NCBI GenBank assembly: GCA_964016885.1
Contig: OZ024748.1
Span: 15,872,001-15,936,000, forward strand
Source of the DNA: Eledone cirrhosa
Lineage: Eukaryota
Length of the DNA stretch: 64,000 nucleotides
Direction of reading: 5' to 3'
Under the pieces are notes generated by a model. The model was not told the origin of the DNA, made no database searches, and was given only the letters and a program-made list of their open reading frames with translations. Numbering within the stretch: position 1 is the first letter of the stretch; each line of letters starts with the position of its first letter. Made by a program: the position numbers and the translations under genes. Positions 54,755-64,000 of the stretch are shown one piece after another.

Positions 54755-55816
54755 TACATACCTAAATGCCATAACACAGCAATTCACCATAATAAACTTA
54801 ACACTAGAACTAGAAATACCTTAGCATATAGCCAGATTCGCCGGAATTTTGGCAGTAACAGCACCTATACAGAGAAATGTAATGGTGGCAGCGGCCTGCT
54901 CCCCACTCCTAGTAGCAAACTAAAAATCAACCCTAGAATAGGAATGAGAAATGGGATGACAAATAACAAATCCCCAGGTAATAATAACCCTAGGAAGGCC
55001 CCTACCAACTCCACTAGAACCCCTAGAAGGAATAGACCTAGAACTATCACCTGGCTCAATCCCCCATTCTCTTCTCATGTAGCCACTAATATCCCTAAAC
55101 ACTTCTTCTCTATCCTATCTAAACATTCCCCCCCCCCCCAACCATAGATATTACAAACTCTTTAATAAAAATAACATTAAAATCTCATTCTCCACAACAC
55201 ATTCAGTAACCATCGTAAACAAAGACAGTATAACTCCCACACCGCGGTACCACCACCCCTATCAAATACACCACGCCACTACACCAATAATTACTCTAGT
55301 AGCACACGTCCCCCATCTAATCCTTCTAGCACTGACCTACCGCTTAGGTTAAACTACCCTACTCTCACTAACTGCAGAAGCAACTACAACTGCCGTTACC
55401 CTAATGCATGCCCATTAAATGGACACTGCCTGACACCCAACATTATCTATAGGTGCACGGTTAAAACTGCTTCGAATACCAGCTCTTATATCGGGTCTAC
55501 CTCTAACCTTTTTAAGGTCCGCTATAACGCGCACTCTTTTTCCTTCCGAGACCCTAGCAACAGATGTTCGCCATCTCTAGCTAGGCTCAATAAAAACCTT
55601 AAATTAAGCAACGTTCAACACTCACTAAAATGGGATATCGTGGCTAGGGCCCAACCGTTCAATGGACGAAGAAAATCTTGTGATCTCTGTATTACAGAAG
55701 CATATTACATAACTCTATCACAACCTCTACCGATTAACGATAGAACGGAGGTAACTATTAGCTGTCAACATCGAAGGGCTAATTCCTTCGCCAATAGAAT
55801 ATTTGACCCAACTTAG
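54755..55816 (+). pseudogene. Penelope-like element (Naiad-type): RT-thumb linker + GIY-YIG endonuclease, 5'-truncated, two frameshifts
   Basis: RTITWLNPPFSSHVATNI; HRYYKLFNKNNIKISFS; frame 55199-55816 gives NCRYPNACPLNGHCLTPNIIYRC...SYIGSTSNLFKVRYNAH..SF...KWDIV...CDLCITE...INDRTEVTISCQH. Confidence 0.88.
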
Positions 55817-56194
55817 TCATCTAGCCCCATTTTTACTTGTAGCTAATAAGTTAAATAGCTATGACTAACTTAGATAATTATAAGTTACCTCCCCTACATT
55901 GTCCCTCAATTAAAAAATTTAAAAATTAGCACTTAACTATAAACTACCCACAATTTCTAATCTTTCGAGGAGTTACTTCCCCTGAAACCACCCTCTAATT
56001 AGTAAGGTAAATATGTCCTTTGGCAGCCATCTTGTTACCCATAGGCAGATCTCACACAATGCAGCCTCGACAGATGAATACTGCTTGATTGTGGCTGACA
56101 ACTGATACAACCAGGACACCATAGTGAAATACCAATATATGGAACATTATATTATGTAACATTCTCTCCTTATTTTAATTTATATTCCTTTGAA

Positions 56195-56313
56195 GTTCCG
56201 ATGAGCCGCTCTGTTTTTAAATATGTTAATTATTTTCAACTGAACCAGATCAATTATCATATATCGTCATCTGATCCAGAAATATTATATGGAGTAGCGA
56301 AACAATTGTAAAC
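56195..56313 (+). ncRNA. Hammerhead ribozyme motif in the PLE 3' pLTR (core variant CCGAUGA) with ~95-nt helix II domain
   Basis: GTT/AAC stem I; CCGATGA 56198-56204; GCCGCTCTGT/ATGGAGTAGC; GAAA 56299-56302; ACAATTGT stem III; GUA 56308-56310. Confidence 0.7.
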
Positions 56314-56600
56314 GGACATTACTATTATTAATATTATTCTCTACATTCCTTACATCAAACTAAAATATGTTGACAATCTTTTAATAATGCCTTCCTTGTG
56401 AAATTTGTGGTCTTGTTTTGCTTAACTAATGAATATTACCAGCTCAGCGCATCTAACTTCTGCATGAACCCAGCCACCTAGCTGCTTTCTACTGCATATT
56501 GCACATTGAGCACATGCCTTTACGCTTTGGCTTCTAACTAATTCACCAATCTCTCCTCTCATATCTCCATCTCTCTCTTTAAGATTGGTTACTCTTGAAC

Positions 56601-56663
<63 letters not shown>

Positions 56664-57133
56664 GCAGACTGGGTAAAAAAATAATGGTTGCCAGGAGATG
56701 AAGGGAGCCCACCTATATATAGAATGCTATCATTTAATGTTTATAATGAATAAATTATTGTTGCCTGTGTATATATTTTGGTGAGTTTATTGATTGAATA
56801 TCCGTTTTTATGTTCGGTTTCACTAGCTATTTGCTTCTCATATTTGAATCTTGAATTCTGCTCAGAGCCGTCTTAACAGAAATGAGACCAGTATATAAAC
56901 CAGTGCCCCTTCACTCTCCTAGCTGTTTATTCGGCACTACAACGTTATTAGCTGTCAGTCGAAGCAGTCGATGAAAGCAGGCGAAGGTGACATCATTCGT
57001 CAAACATCGTTTATTTCCGTATTACTACCACGCGTAAGTGGAGTTACTTAAATGAATTTTTTTTTTTCACGCGTTTTTTATTTTTTTTATTAAAGCATAT
57101 CGATGTAAGTGGAGTTGCTTAAATGAAAATATA

Positions 57134-57152
57134 GGTGGCCCTTAAAAGGGCC
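57134..57152 (-). other. Histone-3'-type stem-loop motif GGCCCT-TTTA-AGGGCC-ACC
   Basis: 6-bp stem, 4-nt loop and ACC flank on the minus strand; identical copy at 57281-57299. Confidence 0.6.
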
Positions 57153-57761
57153 AAATTAGAAAACAAATCATGGTTATCAAATAAATTGGATTTAATCATT
57201 TATATTTTCATAGTCATGGTTATCAATGTAGAAAACAAGTCATTTTCACCAACAGTGGAGTTAACTTAAATGAAAATATAGGTGGCCCTTAAAAGGGCCA
57301 AATTGTTAATGGAATTAACCATCGCGATCTTTCCATCGCTACCGTTACTACAGCAGATACCATCAATCTCCATGGGGACTGTCTCATGTCTCCATGCTAT
57401 TGAATAAGGTTGGCGAAAAAAATTTGTTTTCTAAACATTTCTTCATAAAGGGTTGGTGAAAAAAATTTGATAACCATAAATTTGTTTTCTAATTTGGCCC
57501 TTTTAAGTTAACTCCACTGTTGGTGAAAATGACTTGTTTTCTACATTAATAACCATGACTATGAAAATATAGTTTATGGTATTAGCTGTCAGAAGTAACT
57601 CCACTATTGGTGAAAATTCATTTAAGTTCATGGTATTAGCTGTCAGATGTAACTCCACTGTTGGTGAAAATGACTTGTTTTCTACATTGATAACCATGAC
57701 TAAATCCAATTTATTTGATAACCATGATTGTTTTCTAATTAACTGAAATGTTTTCTAATTT

Positions 57762-57780
57762 GGCCCTTTCAAGGGCCACC
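57762..57780 (+). other. Histone-3'-type stem-loop motif GGCCCT-TTCA-AGGGCC-ACC
   Basis: Mirror copy in the right arm of the foldback, with a loop variant. Confidence 0.55.
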
Positions 57781-59519
57781 TATATTTTCATTTAAGTAAC
57801 TCCACTTACATCGATATGCTTTAATAAAAAAAAAAAAAAACGCGTGATATTTTCATTTAAGTAACTCCACTTACATCTATATGCTTTAATAAAAAAAATT
57901 AAAAAACGCGTAAAAAAAAAATTTCATTTAAGTAACTCCACTTACGCGTGGTAGTAATACGGAAATAAACGATGTTTTGCTTTCATCGGCTGCTTCGACT
58001 GACAGCTAATAGCGTTGTAGTGCCAATATATCTAGGAGATGAATAAAATAAAAACAACTAGGACTGATATTGTCAATACTAATACGTTTTATCTTTTAAG
58101 ATAGTTTATAAAGCAGTTATAATTCTATTAGACAAAGCAAGCTGACAATACGAATAAAAATAAGTGAGAAAGTAAGAAAACGGATAATTTATTTTATGAC
58201 ATCCATATCCGAGACGAGTGGACTTGTAAAAACATTTACTTTTAAGTGTTAGGGTTAGTTAGAATTTTGAAAGCGACATTTGTTTTTCCTACGAATTGTT
58301 TTTGAACGACTGTCTTCAAAACCGTCGTAAATTACGCCTTTTCTATGGTTCCACACTCTTGAACGTTATTACACCTGTCTAGGAAACAGGTATAATAAAT
58401 AAATTAAAATGAAAAATTTGTTAAAATAAAGTATGATAAAGTGTTGTATTTTAATGAAGGACATTCACAGTTTTTTTTACTCGCTGTAGTTGTCAAATAT
58501 AATTAGAAGTTTGCTAAATAATAATCCCTTTTGACCACAAGTATCCAAAACAGTGATGATCAATAGAACAAAACAAATTGGTGGGTTGTGCGGCCGTTTG
58601 TCGCACTTGTTGGTGAATTGTCCCTCCCACTTTTTCTTCATGTTTAAGGTTTTCATCTCTCTTATGCCTTTAAGTGTATATATTTATATTATGTTTGTTT
58701 TCGGTCTCATATACAACCGTAAATAAAACTGAACATTACTTTTTTTCTCTGTTGTATATCTTAAATAAATTAATAAAACGCAGTTGGAAAATAAACTATA
58801 GTTATCCAATATACACGAGTTTCTGTATAGTGAGATTGAATTCTCTCTTAAAGCCACTGGTACTGTAATAAAACACTCTTTGGAATATATTTTACTGTTT
58901 TGCTTTATAACGTACATGTTGCCTTGTAATAGCTTTGTAAATATTAAAACAATTCGGTTTCAAAACCCATACACAGAGTACGTTTGTAAATAATATTTAA
59001 AAGGAAACAAAACAGAGGAATTAAATTACGTGGTTCCCTTATCGAATATAAACATTTCTCAGTGAAAAAAGTATTTGTATTGATGAAACTTTAACTGTCA
59101 TGCATAAATTCAGTCAACAAGACACTGGCACACATATATATATATACTACGAAAACTGTCTTCCTACCTTAAAGATGACGTACTCCTATATCCTTCACAT
59201 ATGGTAAAATAAAATCCACTTTGATGTCTTTGTTGTTTTATTGTCGTGTAAATGACGTTTAATGTATATATGTATGTTTGTATAGAGTGCAAAACACCAG
59301 GGGTGTTGCCTCGTACTACCAAAGGTTAAAATTGAAAACGTCTTATAGTGTCTTGTGCATGTATGTATAATTGTATATAGTAAACCAACGAACCAGTTGA
59401 GGAAAGAATCGGTTGTCTCGCCACCCGACATTTGTCCACGTATAGTGTTTTGTATGTATGTATAATTGTATATAGTGGCCAACAGCCTGAACCGGTTAAG
59501 GTTGGTTATGTATGTGTAG

Positions 59520-59537
59520 ATCACGTCGGGGTCACCA
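59520..59537 (-). other. LTR-retrotransposon primer-binding site complementary to the tRNA-Trp 3' end
   Basis: Minus strand TGGTGACCCCGACGTGAT; the plus strand equals the tRNA-Trp 3' terminus ...TCACGTCGGGGTCACCA. Confidence 0.75.
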
Positions 59538-59589
59538 CTTAAGGCGGACGATGGTCGTCAGTCATCCCGTCTAATTGGATATTGTTTAC

Positions 59590-60018
59590 TGGCACACCTC
59601 TCTCGCCTGCCAAAACAACGTCCAAATTATTTTGGCAAATATAGTGGACACCGGCTCTTTGGAGCAAATTGCTGCTTCCGCGGATCGAATCGTAGAATTT
59701 TCTAAAAAGGCTACCGCCTCGGACTCGCGTGTCGCTTCCTCTCATTTGAATCAGCCCGTCTCGACACGCGAGGAAGCCATGTTGAAGGCTATTGACGCTT
59801 TGACGCAGCAAGTCGCTCGATTGTGCAGGGAGAATAGGCCCTATCCCCGGCGGCCTAAGAGTCGTTCGCGTTCTTTCGCGACTCCACGTCGGCGTACAAC
59901 TTCGCCCTCCAGCAATCCATTATTTTGCTGGTATCATACCACCTTCGCGGATAAGGCAAAACATTGCCGGCTTCCATGTAAATATTCAGCTTCGGGAAAT
60001 GTAGATCAGAGTCACTAA
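59590..60018 (+). pseudogene. Ty3/gypsy gag C-terminal half
   Basis: NNVQIILA..LEQIAASADRI, RS-rich tract, CWYHTTFADKAKHCRLPC knuckle-like motif, ends SGN at the gag/pol -1 frameshift region. Confidence 0.85.
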
Positions 60019-60020
60019 AG

Positions 60021-60760
60021 GCGGCAAGTGAACTCTGCGAGACACAACAGAACCGCCATTTCTTCATAGAGGACCTCCTGCCTGGAAGAGCCTTCCTCGT
60101 AGACACAGGAGCTTCGTGCAGTATTTGGCCTGTCAATTGTATGACAGTAACTCCTCCTGAGTCATCAATGAATCTATAAGCTGTCAGTCATTCGCCGATA
60201 CAAACTTTTGGACAAATCTCGCTTCCTCTGCAATTCAGAAATCTTCGACGAGAATTCAAATGGATTTTTACGGTCGCTGACTTGGGAGCGGATTTTCTAC
60301 ACCACTTTACATTGACGGTGGACGTCCGTGGCAGATGCCTAGTAGACGAGATTACTGGTTTTTCTCTTCGTGGCCAGAAAGCTAATTTTCCAACAGTTAG
60401 CCCGACCTTTTTCATCGCTAATGCTGGGAATCCCTATCATGCATTGTTGAATTATTTCCCACAGCTTACTCGGGGAAATTTTCGAGTTGTCGAACCGACT
60501 CACACAACGGAGCATTTTATCTCTACAACTGGCGCCCCAGTGTCCTCACGTCCTCGTCGCTTGCCTGCGGACAAATTGAAGGCAGCACGGCCCGAGTTCG
60601 ACCACATGCTGCAGCTAGGCATAATTCGCCCCTCTACGAGCCATTGGGCTTCTCCGTTGCACATGGTACCCAAGACTTCTGGCGACTGGAGACCCACTGG
60701 GGATTATAGGAAGTTAAATGCTATAACTGTCCCGGATAGATATCCTATTCCACACCTAAT
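60021..60760 (+). pseudogene. Ty3/gypsy pol: aspartic protease and start of RT; one internal stop, 3'-truncated
   Basis: [68 protein letters not shown]; TAA at ~60177. Confidence 0.92.
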
Positions 60761-61291
60761 TGCAGAATTAGTTCCATAAGATAACAGGATTACGACGAAC
60801 ACAAACAGAGAATAGAAAAGAGAGGACCAATTTGATTCAGGAATGGCCTGCCAATTCAGTGTTATTGTAACGGCAAACCATCCTCGAATATGTATATGAA
60901 ACTATTTATATTCATACATATATATATATACATATACGTACACAATCACATATTATACATATATGTATGTTATTATATTTGGGGATGGTTATGTTGCAGT
61001 ATTGACAATAAAAATCACACACACCATATGATTTTCATTTTATGTTTATTATTAGTTCGACAAATTTCTTTCGTCACACATTCTGTGACCCTTTAATTGA
61101 TTCTTTGTTTTCTTTTGTGGCTCCTTTTCTTTTTGGTCTTAATTTGTTATTCCATCTTGTCTTTTTTATTTGATCATATACATACATATATACAAAATGA
61201 ATACGTACGTGTGTTTTTTCTCAGGGTATTTTTCCATTCCTTCCTCAACTCATTCGTTATCTTTCTATTTCGTCTTATATTCGTCATTCTA

Positions 61292-61328
61292 TCTTCTGAT
61301 GAAGAATTAGTGTCCGAAAAATTAAAAC
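61292..61328 (+). ncRNA. Degenerate minimal hammerhead-like motif in a probable PLE pLTR remnant
   Basis: CTGATGA 61296-61302 ... GAAA 61316-61319; stems I and III poorly paired; downstream 61335-61361 has an inverted copy at ~61483-61507. Confidence 0.3.
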
Positions 61329-62019
61329 ACATTTCCCTCTATTTCAAGCGTTAAACTAATATATTGTTTTAATTGTACCATTTGTTTTACTTTGTTTGGT
61401 ATTTGTTTAATTTAAAAAAAAAAATATATATATATAAGTAAAAAGAAATAACAAATAATGACATAGAACAACGAAAAAAAAGTTTATTAGTTTAACGCAT
61501 GAAATAGTACGAAAAGGGTTATATATATATATACATGAAGTTAACAATTGAATTTCATGGAAATTTAGAATTTATCATATGAAAATATATATAATTTTGA
61601 AAATCTGAAAATCCAAACGTTATATCAACATTAAATCTAACTGCTTCCATTTTCTGCTATTTTCAAATGTTGCTTTTGTGGAGGTGATTAAATCAAAATG
61701 AAAATACCCAACAGATACACAACGTAACTGTTTTCGTTGTGTAGACAGAAAGATCAACATACACTTATCAACGAGGTGTTGTAGAGATAGATGCGTATGG
61801 TCTGTTTTCCTACCATTTCGTGAAATATAATGTATCAGGTAGAAAATAAATTAAATATTGGTAATGCAATTTAATTTTTCTGTTTTACATCTAAAATAGA
61901 AAATAATATATTTTTGGATATAAATATTTGATACTTTAGATAGAATTTTTGAATTTTTGAAAAATTTCACTTTCTTCTCTTCCGTTCCTTTTCCCTGTCT
62001 ATCTCTCTCTCTCTTTCTT

Positions 62020-62052
<33 letters not shown>

Positions 62053-62094
62053 ATTTATATTCATACATACACACACACACACATATATATATAT

Positions 62095-62126
<32 letters not shown>

Positions 62127-62579
62127 GGGGGATAGATAAATAGATAGATAGTAAGAGAGATAGATAGATATCGTTAAAATTCAGCCTTACTCATTCTCAT
62201 TTGATGGGATGTGTGTCTGATTAAGATAATAAACACATATCTACTTTATATAATATTTTCGAGATCCTTCAATTCTCTACCATTTTCATTGTTGCAATAG
62301 TTTTAATTACTTTATTTTTATTATTTTTTATTAATTTATAATAGACATGTGAGTATAACATATAACCAATGGCTGACTTAAGAAGCATTCGGAAATTTTG
62401 AAATCTGAAATATGTGCATCCCAACACAAATGACCATAATAATTGTTTCTACTTTTGGCACAATTATCCCAGTGCATTACTGGTACTTTATTTTATCGAC
62501 CCTGGAAGGATGAAAGGCAAAGTTAACCCTTGCCAATCCACTACTCTGCAAATAATAACAACAACAATAATGATAATTT

Positions 62580-63515
62580 TTATTATTTCTTTATTGGCCC
62601 CAAGGGCTGAGATATAGGGGATAATACAAAAACAACAACAGAGGGAGTTTACAGAGAAAATTGAGTAAAAATGTTTTTAACAAATAATACATTACAAACT
62701 ACAACAAAGAAAAATTCTCCAATAGTGGGAACCCCACAAATCCTAAAGCAGCTGACGCTCCCAGAGCACTCTAAGAAGGCTCCCTCTCTCCTCTCCAGAT
62801 TAGCTAGTCTAGAGGCGCATGTTCAGAGTAGGCCTTTTCAAATGGGTCATTCTCGCTACATTCTCCCATCTTATAACAAATATACTGGGGGACAACACTC
62901 CTCTCTCCACTCTCACCTTTCTTTCCATGTGGAATTTGAAAAAATTGATGAGGGATTGGCCAAAGAGAAAACTGTTTGTCTTCAGTCCTTTTAGTATCAG
63001 CCAACACACAACTTCTTTTGCTACTGCCATTAAGCAAAAGGAAACTGCCTGCCTTTCCCGTACAAAAGAAGACGGTGGAGCGATCTTCACAATAGACTCG
63101 GTCAATAGCCAAATTCGTCCTACACACAATAACAGCTGTTTGACTTCACAAGTCAGTAATGCACTCGACAATGGGACTGGACCAGTGCATGGAGAACAGT
63201 TTCCTCGCTCTGTGCATCTCTCAGGCAGGTCCGTCTGACTGCACTCCCGTGTCTGTAAAGTTTAGCTCGAACTGGCAGTGCACCCCAGTAGCACTGCTTA
63301 GTGAGGAATTTCTGGAAGTTATCCATAGTCCTCAGCTCAAACGTTCTCTGGAACAGACTAGTCAGTTTGATTTCGTTGATGTCCAGAGCCTTGCCAAGAG
63401 AATTATCGCACATGCCCATCGGAAAACCTATAAAGAACTCTGGGGTGGAATTTCCACTGACTACATTGCCCGACTCATAAGAGGGCAGAGAGCACACAGG
63501 AACATTCCAGATGCC
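62580..63515 (-). mobile_element. L1/Tx1-like LINE 3' end (zf-RVT region of ORF2 + 3'UTR + AATAAA/A-rich tail), degenerate
   Basis: CYWGALPVRAKLYRHG...TCLR...EETVLHALVQ (decayed CxxC..ET..H..C); AVAKEVVCW; ERKVRVER...RW; minus-strand AATAAA at ~62589-62594. Confidence 0.8.
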
Positions 63516-63519
63516 AATA

Positions 63520-63945
63520 ATAGTTTCTGATTTTAGCACAAGGCCAACACTTTCAGAGAAGGGGAAAGTTGATTAAATCGAGCCCGGTGCATTACTGGTG
63601 CTTTATTTTATCGACCCCCCCCCCCCACACATCCCTGCAAGAATGAAAGACAAAGCTAACCTTGTCGTAACTCTGTGCTGCAGAGTATGATGTCTGACGC
63701 TCTACCAATACTGCCAATCCACTACACTTAAATAATTGTTTCTACTTTAGGCACAAGGCCAGCAATTTGAAGGGGAGGGGAAAGTCGATTAAATCGTGCA
63801 TTACTGGTACTTTATTTTATCGATTTTAAGGATGAAAGGCAAAGCTAAACTCGGCGGGATATGAACTCAGAATGTAAAGAGTCGTAACCCTATGCCACAA
63901 AGCATATTGTCCAACACTCTACCAATACTACCAATCACCTACCCT
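63520..63945 (-). mobile_element. Two family A SINE copies (long variant); a further deleted copy lies at ~62438-62540
   Basis: Reverse-complement core and boxes. Confidence 0.8.
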
Positions 63946-63950
63946 AAATA

Positions 63951-63985
<35 letters not shown>

Positions 63986-64000
63986 CACAATAGGCCTGAC

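Larger units (their letters stand above)
56910..58043. mobile_element. ~1.1-kb foldback element with long modular inverted arms and internal sub-repeats
   Basis: 56910-57304 is the reverse complement of ~57490-58043 with module duplications and deletions; AGTGGAGTTAC-type motif ~9 times. Confidence 0.85.

Noticed and set aside
57134-57780. Histone gene cluster implied by the stem-loops
   Set aside because: No histone-like ORF on either strand upstream of any stem-loop.
58247-58262. Telomeric repeat (GTTAGGGTTAG)
   Set aside because: Fewer than two full units; uninformative.
59520-59537. tRNA-Trp gene
   Set aside because: Only the 3' 18 nt including CCA are present, consistent with a retrotransposon PBS; no cloverleaf.
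62671-63530. Plus-strand ORFs of 107-139 aa
   Set aside because: Antisense shadows of the minus-strand L1/Tx1-like ORF2 remnant.

Overview
AT-rich, microsatellite-dense animal DNA. The repeat content resembles octopus (coleoid cephalopod) genomes; this is an inference, not a database result. No host gene can be confidently assembled, and most ORFs in the track are translated (TA)n/(CA)n repeats. The window is dominated by retroelements: roughly 40 full or partial copies of one tRNA-derived SINE, many RTE-clade LINE fragments (one 5'-truncated copy has an open ORF2 with a PHD-type finger inside the RT region), a Naiad-type Penelope-like element (GIY-YIG), a rearranged Ty3/gypsy fragment, an L1/Tx1-like 3' end, a CRE-like remnant and TTAA-type MITEs. 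Two things stand out. (1) A ~1.1-kb modular foldback at 56.9-58.0 kb carries outward-pointing histone-mRNA-type 3' stem-loops but no histone gene. (2) Three type-I hammerhead ribozyme motifs have palindromic stem III and enlarged helix II domains, branched in two of them. Boundaries of old repeats are approximate.
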